Origin: a virus
Taxonomy: Duplodnaviria; Caudoviricetes
Length of the DNA stretch: 64,000 nucleotides
Direction: 5' to 3' (one strand)
Virus record (IMG/VR): IMGVR_UViG_3300033067_002581
Coordinates: 1-64,000 of that record
Shown in pieces: positions 8,860 to 17,581 of the stretch. Numbering within the stretch: position 1 is the first letter of the stretch; every line of letters begins with the position of its first letter. A model generated the notes under the pieces. The model was not told the DNA's origin and did no database searches. It was given only the letters and a program-made list of their open reading frames with translations. Made by a program: the position numbers and the translations under genes.

Positions 8860-9430
8860 ACTTGGTGTCGTGGCGATGGCAGCGAAGCCGCCTCACGCCG
8901 GCCACATCGCCCTGCTTGAGCTGGCATGCAAGGAATGCGATATCGCGTACGCCTTCGTCAGCACAGCTGACAGGTCAAGGCCTGGAGAGCTGAGCATAAC
9001 GTGGGATGACGTGAGACCGACGTGGGAGTTCGACATCGTCCCAAGCATGCCAGCTAATTTCAGGTTCGTGCCGACGGCGACCGCGCCTGTGAGGATGGCA
9101 TACGAGCTTGTCGAAAGCTCTGATAAGAGCTGGAAGATCGCGATGTACGGCAGGGCCGAGGACGTCAGCGGGCCTCGGTTCGCGAAGATGCCACAGAACG
9201 TCACGATGCGTGACGTCACGCTCGGTCACTTCAGCGGGACAGCGTGCAGGAAGGCGGTGATCGATGATGATTTTGAGGCGTTTGAGTCTATGATGGCGCC
9301 TCAGGTCGACGCGAGATCGTTATGGAAGAGACTGAGGGCGAGAGCGTCTGGTGGCGCGCCATCAGGCGCTGTTGCGCGTAAGCACGTTGTAACTCGAAAG
9401 TCAGCTAAACGCACAGATCTGAACACCTGA
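8846..9430 (+). CDS. HIGH-motif cytidylyl/adenylyltransferase-like protein
   Basis: AKPPHAGH, C-terminal FSGTACRKAV; one of only two credible plus-strand genes. Confidence 0.8.
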   Translation: MKRFTLGVVAMAAKPPHAGHIALLELACKECDIAYAFVSTADRSRPGELSITWDDVRPTWEFDIVPSMPANFRFVPTATAPVRMAYELVESSDKSWKIAMYGRAEDVSGPRFAKMPQNVTMRDVTLGHFSGTACRKAVIDDDFEAFESMMAPQVDARSLWKRLRARASGGAPSGAVARKHVVTRKSAKRTDLNT

Positions 9431-9459
9431 ACGCCTCTCTGGTGATGCCTGATGCGAGG

Positions 9460-10293
9460 CTACAGGACCTTAAACCTCGGCCTGCCCTGTGAGATCCTGG
9501 TGAACACCAGCGCATTGTCAAGCTTGGATCTCGGTATCACGCGGTACCCATCAGGTGAGACGATGACAAGCGCGTCAGCGGCTGGAAACGCTTCGCTCGG
9601 TATCGCTGCCTTGGCCCACACGGCGTCAATGAACCACTCAGGATCCTTGAACGCTCGCGATTTCGCTTTCGCCATCTCCTTCGCTATCGCTGAGACGCCG
9701 ACAGAGTCCTCATCAACGCCCACCGCCGCCGCGGCGCGAGCGAATTTCATATCATCGACGTTCACCTGTTTCTTATCAAGCTTGACGACGTGATCGTCTG
9801 TTGACGCCGTCTTCAGCAGCGAGTTGATGAACTTGATCGCCTGCAGCATGCCAAACTTCTTCTCTGACCCGAGCATGCGTGGCGACGTCATCTCACCTTT
9901 CATGATAAGAGGGACGTCAACAGAGATGAACTCATCGAGGTCTTCTGGATACGCAGACCTCGCGGCCTGACGCAGAACCTTTGGGTCAAAACTGGAGAGC
10001 TCATCGCATATCTTTAAGATAAAACCGATCGACTGCGCCGCGGCTGCCAAACCCTCAGTTCCTGTGCGCAGGGCGCCATCCTTATCAAGCTCCTTCACCT
10101 CGATCTTCTTATGGTTAGGTAGCTCGATGTCATAGGAGACTGAGCCTCCCATGATCTTCCCACCAAGCTCAGCGGCGAGCTTCTCCTCGCCGGGACCGAC
10201 GCCAGGCTGCCTGGGCAGGTAGGGAAACTTTGATGACTTCTTTGTCCACGGTGTCGCGGCTGCGCTCGCGCGCTCTACAAGAATCGCTGTCAC
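9460..10293 (-). CDS. Putative PD-(D/E)xK nuclease-fold protein
   Basis: GPGE...SYDIELPNHKKIEVKE. Confidence 0.45.
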   Translation of the reverse strand: MTAILVERASAAATPWTKKSSKFPYLPRQPGVGPGEEKLAAELGGKIMGGSVSYDIELPNHKKIEVKELDKDGALRTGTEGLAAAAQSIGFILKICDELSSFDPKVLRQAARSAYPEDLDEFISVDVPLIMKGEMTSPRMLGSEKKFGMLQAIKFINSLLKTASTDDHVVKLDKKQVNVDDMKFARAAAAVGVDEDSVGVSAIAKEMAKAKSRAFKDPEWFIDAVWAKAAIPSEAFPAADALVIVSPDGYRVIPRSKLDNALVFTRISQGRPRFKVL

Positions 10294-10841
10294 TTTTTCA
10301 CTTTCACTGGAAGCGGTGGCGCTGTGTCCTCACCAGAGGTGCTTGCGTGGTGCCCTCCGTGCGTCGAGTTCTTTACGATCGTCGGCTTGATCTTCCTGAC
10401 GTTATCGCTCGTCGTCTTTTTCATCTGGACGCTCGGATCCGGGTCTCGCGGCTCCACGGCCTTGTCTGCGACGACCTGTCCGCTGACGATCTGCTCAATA
10501 CCCTTGAGGTACGCTAGGAGCGCGGTCCTCTCAGCTTTGTTCAGATCGCTGACGTACTGGTCGATGTTGCGTTTTATCTCTGGGTCTCTGAGCGACCGAC
10601 CAGCCCTTATCGAGTTGAGCTTGTCAGTGATATCTTCTGAAGAGACGTCACCCTTCTGCAGCGCGACGTTGTCCTTGCTAGGCGACGCGTCGTCCTGCTT
10701 GCCTTTCTCCTCGACCGCTGCTAGCGCATCATCGTGACTCTCAAACAGAGAGATCGGATCGCGGTGAGCTCTCGTCCTGCCGCGCCTGAGCGTCTCAGCG
10801 ATCACGGTTGATATGCGATCTCCTGGTGCGATCCTGTTCAT
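10290..10841 (-). CDS. Hypothetical late protein
   Basis: Coupled ORF in a minus-strand operon. Confidence 0.6.
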   Translation of the reverse strand: MNRIAPGDRISTVIAETLRRGRTRAHRDPISLFESHDDALAAVEEKGKQDDASPSKDNVALQKGDVSSEDITDKLNSIRAGRSLRDPEIKRNIDQYVSDLNKAERTALLAYLKGIEQIVSGQVVADKAVEPRDPDPSVQMKKTTSDNVRKIKPTIVKNSTHGGHHASTSGEDTAPPLPVKVKK

Positions 10842-11047
10842 CTGATCACCGTGACATCTCCGGGAGATCGCCTCTTCACCCGCTCCTGCGCACGGAGAGG
10901 CGAGTCAGTGTCCTGTACCACCTTTCGCTGATGGCGAATGACCTGATCGTCGATGAATTTGCTGTAGTCAGCCACTCGTTCTTGAATAGGTGATGACGTC
11001 TCTGTAGACTCCATCAGCGTATCTCGCAGACTTCTTATCTCTGTCAC
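10838..11047 (-). CDS. Hypothetical protein
   Basis: Coupled ORF; GGAG upstream of GTG. Confidence 0.5.
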   Translation of the reverse strand: MTEIRSLRDTLMESTETSSPIQERVADYSKFIDDQVIRHQRKVVQDTDSPLRAQERVKRRSPGDVTVIR

Positions 11048-11282
11048 CTATAAACTCTCCCTCTGACGCCTCTATGCCGACGGTGACAACGTCACCGTCT
11101 ATCAGAAGCTTGAATCGCTCGCCGGCCTGATCGTTCGTCGCCAAAAGCTGCACGATGAACGACAGGCGAGCGTCTCGCGAGCCGAAATCATACTGTTTTC
11201 GCAGCCGACGCCTGTCTAGCTCGACCCAGTCTCTCTGCGGCACTATCGGCGCGGCGGCGACGATTTTGACCGGTAGCCTCAT
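10968..11282 (-). CDS. Pterin-4a-carbinolamine dehydratase-like fold, degenerate
   Basis: W...LRKQYDF...LSFI...VTV pattern; HHP motif absent. Confidence 0.4.
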   Translation of the reverse strand: MRLPVKIVAAAPIVPQRDWVELDRRRLRKQYDFGSRDARLSFIVQLLATNDQAGERFKLLIDGDVVTVGIEASEGEFIGDRDKKSARYADGVYRDVITYSRTSG

Positions 11283-11285
11283 GCG

Positions 11286-11741
11286 TCAGCTGATCTTTTT
11301 CCCTGACATCTTTGCCATGCGCTTGACATACCTGTGAAGAAAGTCTCGGAAGTTATCAAGCGTGGCGACGATCGTTGGGTTGTCGTACATCAGCTGAATG
11401 TCCTGTGGCGTTGGAGCCTCAGGATCCTCAGGATCGATCGATGACTCGAGCTTCTCGATGTAATCTTTCACGGCTGTGAGAACCATCAGCTCGACATCAG
11501 TGTCATCAAGCGAACTCAGAAACTGAGCCTTCTTCAGCGCCTTGTCGACGGCCTGTTTGGCGCCGCTGACGCTGAACCCGAGCTCGCTAGCGATCTTCTC
11601 CAGATGATCACCATCAACGTCTGTCATCATAGAGTTCTTTTTCGCGCGCTTCTTAGCGTCATCGATCCCCTCAGAGATCGCGCGGCGCACAGCCAGCCGA
11701 ACCAGAAGCTCTTCTTGCGTCTTATCACGTGTGTTTTTCAT
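11286..11741 (-). CDS. HTH-containing protein (sigma-70 region 4-like)
   Basis: HLEKIASELGFSVSGAKQAVDKALKK. Confidence 0.55.
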   Translation of the reverse strand: MKNTRDKTQEELLVRLAVRRAISEGIDDAKKRAKKNSMMTDVDGDHLEKIASELGFSVSGAKQAVDKALKKAQFLSSLDDTDVELMVLTAVKDYIEKLESSIDPEDPEAPTPQDIQLMYDNPTIVATLDNFRDFLHRYVKRMAKMSGKKIS

Positions 11742-11861
11742 GTTTACCTGTGTCGCGAACGCGTTCGCGTGGTTAGTACATATCACTTGAGCGAGATCAC
11801 AAAGAGAAACTTAGCGTCGCGGCTGATAGAAACAGAATGATGCGAACTAGCAAGGCCATGA

Positions 11862-12203
11862 TCAGTTTTCTTCTTTCAATCGCCTGGCAGATTCTATCTG
11901 CTCAAACGGGTCAGAAGCAAGCAGCGACGTGACAGGCGTTCGCCTTACTTCGTCTATTATCATCATACTCATCTGAGATTTCACAGACATTTGTGACAGA
12001 AGCCATTTTACAACGGCGTCTATCTTCAAATCACGTTCTTTAAGTGTCTCTGCGGCGCTGTCCCTGTCTGATTCATCGACGCCACTGATCACTAGCTTCG
12101 TTAGGACTGGGACGCTCTTACACAGACGGGCCCGCTCTTCCGGCGCGAGGCGCTTGAACGTCTGCCTGCGCGTCATGCTCCGACTCATCAGGTGACTCTC
12201 CAA
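11862..12203 (-). CDS. Hypothetical protein
   Basis: ORF on the coding strand; start uncertain. Confidence 0.4.
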   Translation of the reverse strand: MESHLMSRSMTRRQTFKRLAPEERARLCKSVPVLTKLVISGVDESDRDSAAETLKERDLKIDAVVKWLLSQMSVKSQMSMMIIDEVRRTPVTSLLASDPFEQIESARRLKEEN

Positions 12204-12672
12204 AACTTGTCTTGAGGGCTGATCTCACTGACTCGCGCTGGTCATCGGGAAGCCTGGCGATGCCCATCCTCAGTATCGTTCGCTTGACGTCAAGAACGTT
12301 CTGACCTCGCTTCGCGAGACCGAGCAGCTCCTGAGCGTATTTTTCAGCATCAAACTCGCCGCTGAGTAGGTCGTCTAAGTACTTGTTGACTTGCGTATCC
12401 AGCGAGGCTCTTGCCGTATCGTTTCCTTGCTTTGCTGGCTTCTTCTGAGCCTCGTCGTCAGCTTTCTCTACGATCCTCGGTGGACCACCGACCCTGAAGT
12501 CCCACTCAGCCAACGTGATACGCTTACCATCGCTAGATGTGACGATGATGTTATCGCCGCTGCGGCGAACCGCTGACACGGTGATCACCGACTCAGCGAC
12601 GACGCCCCTGCGAGTCACGTCACAGATCTTGACAGTCCTGCCCTTGCGAAGGAGGTTCTCTCCAGGTATCAC
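12118..12672 (-). CDS. Hypothetical late protein
   Basis: GTGA-coupled to the SOD-like gene. Confidence 0.55.
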   Translation of the reverse strand: MIPGENLLRKGRTVKICDVTRRGVVAESVITVSAVRRSGDNIIVTSSDGKRITLAEWDFRVGGPPRIVEKADDEAQKKPAKQGNDTARASLDTQVNKYLDDLLSGEFDAEKYAQELLGLAKRGQNVLDVKRTILRMGIARLPDDQRESVRSALKTSFGESPDESEHDAQADVQAPRAGRAGPSV

Positions 12673-13430
12673 TTCAGCACCTTTGCTATCTCGTCAGCCT
12701 TTGAAACGCGGTCGTTGACGACGTCCCAGTTTATCTCGCCCATCATAGACGTGACGTACCTGTCCCTGTCCTTGCCAAAATCACAGACGTATGAGTGCTC
12801 CCAGCAGTCGATGACGATGACAGGGATCACGCCGCTCATCAGCGAGCCGTCATTCTCAGAGACTGTCATGTTCACATAGCGCCTGAGGTATGTGTCGAAG
12901 CCAGTCACGATCCAACCAGCGCCGCGCGTGTCACGCGACCTTGAAGAGAAATCCCGCTGCCAGTCATCAAAATCACCAAAGTCTCGAGCGAGGCGAGCGT
13001 ATGAGATCGATGATATCGAGATCTGGCTGTTCCTGCAGAAGCAGTTGCTGAAGAACAGCTCATGAAACCAGACGCTGTTCCTCTCTGAGGAGATCGCGCT
13101 GTTCACCTGCTGTGCAATGGCGTAGCTGCCTTTCGCTCCCGCCGCGGCGCTCTCAGACGAGAGACGCGTGTATCTCTCGCAGTGATCCTTGTATATCTCA
13201 ATGTGAAGGGCGCGCGAGTTCTGCGTGAGTGAGTCGCTGTCGAGCTTGTACTGCTTCGGTTCTGACACGAAAGCGAGCGATTCTTTTATCAGATTCTGTT
13301 TACGTTCAGAGACCGGCGTGCGAAGCATCGCGCGGACGTTCAGGACGATGGGTTCAGACTTCATAGTGCTTCTCGAAAGTAGATGAGTCCACCTTGAATT
13401 CCTTGCCTTCTGGCGTGCGAAGCACGACAT
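12669..13430 (-). CDS. Fe/Mn superoxide dismutase-like protein; start probably later than the ORF start
   Basis: ALHIEIY, WFHELFF, GAGW, IDCWEHSY, INWDVVNDR. Confidence 0.85.
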   Translation of the reverse strand: MSCFARQKARNSRWTHLLSRSTMKSEPIVLNVRAMLRTPVSERKQNLIKESLAFVSEPKQYKLDSDSLTQNSRALHIEIYKDHCERYTRLSSESAAAGAKGSYAIAQQVNSAISSERNSVWFHELFFSNCFCRNSQISISSISYARLARDFGDFDDWQRDFSSRSRDTRGAGWIVTGFDTYLRRYVNMTVSENDGSLMSGVIPVIVIDCWEHSYVCDFGKDRDRYVTSMMGEINWDVVNDRVSKADEIAKVLK

Positions 13431-13587
13431 CCTTCTTTGAGACAGAGACCACCGTGTAGAGGAACCCAGTGGCAGTGTGCCTGACCTTCAGATCCTCTGA
13501 CGCATCATCAACGCTGGGCGCGACGCTCTCAAGCAGCGCGCCCAGCGTGAACTCAAACTCTTCTCTAAGTCTCTTGATGTTCTTCAT
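13354..13587 (-). CDS. Small hypothetical late protein
   Basis: CTATTTA motif 7 nt upstream of ATG. Confidence 0.65.
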   Translation of the reverse strand: MKNIKRLREEFEFTLGALLESVAPSVDDASEDLKVRHTATGFLYTVVSVSKKDVVLRTPEGKEFKVDSSTFEKHYEV

Positions 13588-13609
13588 CTGCTAGTAAATA
13601 GCCGCCGCG

Positions 13610-14557
13610 CTAGAGCTTATGCTTTGACACGCTGACACCCGCACGTCTGAGAAGCTCAACGCCAGACGCGTCTCTGTAGTCAGCCTCATAGATCACGCCT
13701 CGGATTCGCGCGTTGATGATGCATTTCGCGCATGACACACACGGACTGTGAGTGACGTACATGACGCGATCATGATGATCATGGTAGTCAAGCTTGATGA
13801 CGGCGTTAAGCTCCGCATGCACGAAACCAGACTTTCCTGGCTCTGGCGACTCGGGATCGTTCGGACCACCTGCGTACCCGCCGTTGTAACCGAGCGAGAG
13901 CACGCTCGTGTTATCGCTAGTCACGATCACAGCACCAACACGCAATCTTGGATCAGTCGATCGCTGCGATATCTGCCGTGCGATTGACATCCACGTATCA
14001 TCCCATGACGGTCTCGTCGCGAGGTTTGATCTAAACTCTGGAAACAGAGCATCAAACCGCTGCAAGAACGCTCTCTCTGCTTCTCTTGGCGTCATCGGCA
14101 CGAGGTCGGCGCCGCTCGGAGGCGTCGGAGGCTGGTGTCCTCGCACAAGCTCGCTGATCTCGTCAGAGCAGCACGCGACGTCAGCCTCATGAAGGTCAGC
14201 TGGCTCGCGCAGCATATCAAGACCAAACTTTTTATAGATCGCGCTTTGCACTGTGCGCTCTACGTCTCTGTACGCTGCCATGACATCGCTGTGCTTGACA
14301 GGTGACGCTATGTCAGCGAGGTACGCCTCTGACGCGTCATGCAGCAACCCATACCTCGGGTCAGAGCACGCGAATGATACGTTCACTGAGTGCTGCGCCA
14401 CGCTGTATGACACCCTGGTGTGTCCAGTGAACCTGCAGATGTTTGACAGCGCATGCGCTATGTCAGCGATGCTGATCGCTGACTCATCGACGTTCATAAC
14501 ATCAAACCTACGTCCAGAGAACGTCGGGATCCACGTCCTGTTGCCTTCCACGATCAC
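13610..14557 (-). CDS. Fusion of an HD 5'-deoxynucleotidase-like domain and a dCMP deaminase
   Basis: N-part DIAHALSNICRFTGH, YSVAQHS, LLHDASEAY; C-part RPSWD, GYNG, HAELNA, SPCVSC. Confidence 0.9.
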   Translation of the reverse strand: MIVEGNRTWIPTFSGRRFDVMNVDESAISIADIAHALSNICRFTGHTRVSYSVAQHSVNVSFACSDPRYGLLHDASEAYLADIASPVKHSDVMAAYRDVERTVQSAIYKKFGLDMLREPADLHEADVACCSDEISELVRGHQPPTPPSGADLVPMTPREAERAFLQRFDALFPEFRSNLATRPSWDDTWMSIARQISQRSTDPRLRVGAVIVTSDNTSVLSLGYNGGYAGGPNDPESPEPGKSGFVHAELNAVIKLDYHDHHDRVMYVTHSPCVSCAKCIINARIRGVIYEADYRDASGVELLRRAGVSVSKHKL

Positions 14558-15204
14558 TCCAATCCTGAGACATGTGATAGGTCACTCACGGTGACCGCCT
14601 TTGAGCTAGGATGGTGTCTCCAACACACTGGCTCATAGATGTCATGACCGCCGATCCTGACGTCTCTTTGGGTCGGCGGTGAACCGGTTTTAGACCTTGT
14701 CGCTCTGGCTGGCGCGGAGCACTCTACGCACGCTGCATACAGCTTGATCACTTCGGTCGCGACTGATAGCAATCGCATCGACTCCTCAAACGGCTCGCCG
14801 CTAGCTGACACGTCTAGCGTTGAGACAGAGGATGACGCTCCGCGGTTGCGAGCTCGCACGAGGACGTCAGCGCAGCCGGGCAGCATGAACGCCTCATCGA
14901 CAGCGATAAAATCAGCGGATGACGTCACAAGCTCTAGCTCGGCCGCGTCAGACACGGCGATGGCCGGCAGCTTCAGACCCATGTGTGTCACGACACACTC
15001 GCTGTCATACCTCGTGTCGACTCGCGGTTTCGCGACGACGATCCTTTCTCGCCTGAATCGCGCTCGCTCAACGTCGATGAACAGCCTCGTCGTCTTTGAG
15101 GCCATCATCGGTCCACAGTACACGACTATCGACGGTTCCACTGTATCAGACCTCGATAAGCCATCTAGTGAACTCATACTCTGTTGGGATCGACGACAGG
15201 TCAA
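14554..15204 (-). CDS. tdk: Thymidine kinase
   Basis: GPMMASKTT, KPRVDTRY, VDEAFM, CVEC, IGGHDIYEPVC. Confidence 0.9.
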   Translation of the reverse strand: MTCRRSQQSMSSLDGLSRSDTVEPSIVVYCGPMMASKTTRLFIDVERARFRRERIVVAKPRVDTRYDSECVVTHMGLKLPAIAVSDAAELELVTSSADFIAVDEAFMLPGCADVLVRARNRGASSSVSTLDVSASGEPFEESMRLLSVATEVIKLYAACVECSAPARATRSKTGSPPTQRDVRIGGHDIYEPVCWRHHPSSKAVTVSDLSHVSGLE

Positions 15205-15988
15205 GCTTACGTAAGAACGTGACTTCAGCTGGCCCAGAGATCCTCGGGCAGTTCACCTCGCTGTATGAGTCTCCGGCGCACAGCCTGTCAAGCATCGAGA
15301 AGTGTCTTTCGTACACGTGAAATGAATCAGCTACGTGGTGATACGATCCCATCTGAAGCGTCGGATACGTCTCACGTAACGCGTTGAGAAGCATCTCCTG
15401 GATGAACGAGAACGCTGGAGCGTCATTGCCCATCCCAAAGATCGCGTCCTGTGAGCGCATGTGCACTGACATGTTGAGGAGACCGCGCCTGATGCGAAAG
15501 TTCAATGCGTACGTACACGGAACATCCTTCGTGTCAGACAACAGGTGCGCTGAACCGAGGATCATGATGCTGGCCCTGCGTGAATCAGGATCTGTCGTCA
15601 GCGTCCTCACGGCGGCGTCAAACTGGTTCGTCTCTCCGAAGACATACTGCCCATAGTTCGAGTTTATCGAACCATCACTGTTCATTATCTGCCGCCACAA
15701 CTTAGCGTGATCGCATATGCTCGCATCAAACCTATCACCTCTGAGATACCAGAGCGTCTCACGCTTGATATACGAAAGGCTCAGCTTACGACAGGAGAAA
15801 TTCTGGAACCTGGCGAACGGAGGCAGCTCGTATGCATAATTCTCTATCTCCCTGACGAGCTGGCCGCGTGGCGAGACGAGCTCTCCCTCCGCGACGTCTC
15901 GATATATCTTCAGAAACGCGTCTCTTGCTTCGCTCACGACTGTCTCCTTGACTCGTGCCACTCGGCGGTCATTCGCAGGCCTTCCCAC
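15146..15988 (-). CDS. Thymidylate synthase-family enzyme, dCMP-specific type (dCMP hydroxymethylase-like)
   Basis: INSNYG, DSRRA, DVPCT, MRSQDAIFGMGND (Asp at the TS Asn177 position), SFHVYERHF. Confidence 0.85.
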   Translation of the reverse strand: MGRPANDRRVARVKETVVSEARDAFLKIYRDVAEGELVSPRGQLVREIENYAYELPPFARFQNFSCRKLSLSYIKRETLWYLRGDRFDASICDHAKLWRQIMNSDGSINSNYGQYVFGETNQFDAAVRTLTTDPDSRRASIMILGSAHLLSDTKDVPCTYALNFRIRRGLLNMSVHMRSQDAIFGMGNDAPAFSFIQEMLLNALRETYPTLQMGSYHHVADSFHVYERHFSMLDRLCAGDSYSEVNCPRISGPAEVTFLRKLDLSSIPTEYEFTRWLIEV

Positions 15989-16890
15989 AGGTCGACTTTT
16001 GGCTCGTACCCGAGCGCTGACCTCGTCAAGCTTATATCTGCATGCGTATGCATGACGTCTCCGGGACGCCAGGGTGCGCCATCGACTGACACCAGATCAC
16101 CATATCTCTCACGAAACCAGTCAAGGATCGCGGCGTTTGAGTTCCTCTCTCCACACCCAACGTTGAGACTCTCACCAGAGAATTTTGCTTCTCTGGCACC
16201 CGCTAGGACGCACGCGTCAACCACGTTAGACACGTAGCACATGTCCCTAGTCTGTGATCCGTCTCCATCGCACCTCAGCGATCGTCCCTCACTCACCGCT
16301 GACATCCAGGCGGCGATCGCGGTCGCATATGCTGAGTCTCCAAGCTGTCGTGGACCGAACACGTTAAAGAACCGCAGTGACACGCAATCAACATCATATA
16401 GCTTCGCGTACATCCTCAGAGCCATCTCACACTGCGCCTTCTGCATCGCATATGGTGACGCCTGCGAGAAGAGCGTCGCGTCCTCAGGCTTCGACGGTAA
16501 ATTCAGGGCGCCGCCATAGACAGAGCTAGATGATGCGAAGACGATCCTTGGTCTGCACTCTCGCTTGAGAAACCTAATAGCGTCGAGCAGTGTCACTGTC
16601 TTATGAAGGTTTGTTACGTGAGTCTCGAGAGGTCGCTCTACAGAGAAGCTGACGCGAGGAAGCGCGGCGAGGTGAAAGATCACGTCAGCGTGTTGTAAAG
16701 CATCGATCGCGTTTGCTGATGTGAAGTCGCAGGTGACGATCCTGTCTTTAACGTGCGCGGGCAGCAGCTCTGGATGCGCACCAGACATATCATCGACACC
16801 TGCTGCATCAATACCCATTGAGAGAAGTCGTTCAAGCAGATGGCCACCGATGAATCCAGCCGCTCCTGTGACGATCGCAGTCTTTATCAT
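15934..16890 (-). CDS. NAD-dependent nucleotide-sugar epimerase/dehydratase
   Basis: TGAAGFIG, ASSSSVYG, SPYAMQK, RFFNVFGP, GDGSQTRD; ATG 16890 lies 7 nt after a -10 box. Confidence 0.92.
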   Translation of the reverse strand: MIKTAIVTGAAGFIGGHLLERLLSMGIDAAGVDDMSGAHPELLPAHVKDRIVTCDFTSANAIDALQHADVIFHLAALPRVSFSVERPLETHVTNLHKTVTLLDAIRFLKRECRPRIVFASSSSVYGGALNLPSKPEDATLFSQASPYAMQKAQCEMALRMYAKLYDVDCVSLRFFNVFGPRQLGDSAYATAIAAWMSAVSEGRSLRCDGDGSQTRDMCYVSNVVDACVLAGAREAKFSGESLNVGCGERNSNAAILDWFRERYGDLVSVDGAPWRPGDVMHTHADISLTRSALGYEPKVDLWEGLRMTAEWHESRRQS

Positions 16891-16897
16891 GTGGCTG

Positions 16898-16927
16898 ACT
16901 GTACCGTCGGCCAGCCGCTCTTGACAA
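16898..16927 (-). promoter_or_regulatory. Putative promoter TTGTCA-18-TACAGT for the epimerase/TS/TK/deaminase operon
   Basis: Same -10 and leaderless spacing as the other promoters. Confidence 0.6.
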
Positions 16928-17557
16928 CTAGAACTTGAGCGAGGCCCTGACGAAGTCCCAATCAAAAGTCGCTCCTGGATCCCACGATCCAGAGGAATTG
17001 AACCTGCTGATCGGATCGGCATCAGAGTGACCAAAGATCGACCTCTGTGATGGAGATATCATAAGCCGACCGCAGACATCACTGAGAAGCTCTACGAGTG
17101 CTACATACTGCTCATCACTGAAGACTCTTGGCGTCGGCTTGTGAAGCGCCATGAGCTCGATGCCAACAGACGAATAGTTTGGCCTGGGTCCGACTAGCTC
17201 TCTTGGATCCGACACACCGGGCCAGCGCTCGACCCATGACTGATAGTAACCATCGTTCGCGGTTCGCTCTAGCTCACCGTCTCGCTTACGCCATTTCTGC
17301 CACTCACTCTGACCTTTATCATACAAGGCGTTTATAGCCTTGCTGTAGGCGATGTGCCATGCTACTTTATCATCCGCGACTATCTTGTGCACTGTGCCAT
17401 CATGGTCAATGACATAGTTTGGACACGCTGAGCCAACGAGGTAGTACCTTAACACTCGCTCGGAGTCAGTCTGACCGGTGTTGTGGATGATGGCGCACTT
17501 GGGCGCGACGGCGCGAGCCTGCATCTTACGTTTTTGAGAGTGATCTATGATGTTCAT
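16928..17557 (-). CDS. N-acetylmuramoyl-L-alanine amidase (Amidase_2), probable endolysin
   Basis: IIHNT, YVIDHDG, VAWH, SVGIEL, IFGHSD, WDPG. Confidence 0.85.
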   Translation of the reverse strand: MNIIDHSQKRKMQARAVAPKCAIIHNTGQTDSERVLRYYLVGSACPNYVIDHDGTVHKIVADDKVAWHIAYSKAINALYDKGQSEWQKWRKRDGELERTANDGYYQSWVERWPGVSDPRELVGPRPNYSSVGIELMALHKPTPRVFSDEQYVALVELLSDVCGRLMISPSQRSIFGHSDADPISRFNSSGSWDPGATFDWDFVRASLKF

Positions 17558-17574
17558 ACAGTCTATGTATGAAC
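17552..17574 (-). promoter_or_regulatory. Hairpin covering the amidase start codon, with a late-type motif ATACATA in its 5' arm
   Basis: GTTCATACA-TAGAC-TGTATGAAC, perfect 9-bp inverted repeat. Confidence 0.65.
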
Positions 17575-17581
17575 CATCGCG

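Noticed and set aside
16891-17034. N-terminal extension of the epimerase ORF
   Set aside because: It overlaps the amidase gene; the promoter and Rossmann motif place the start at 16890.
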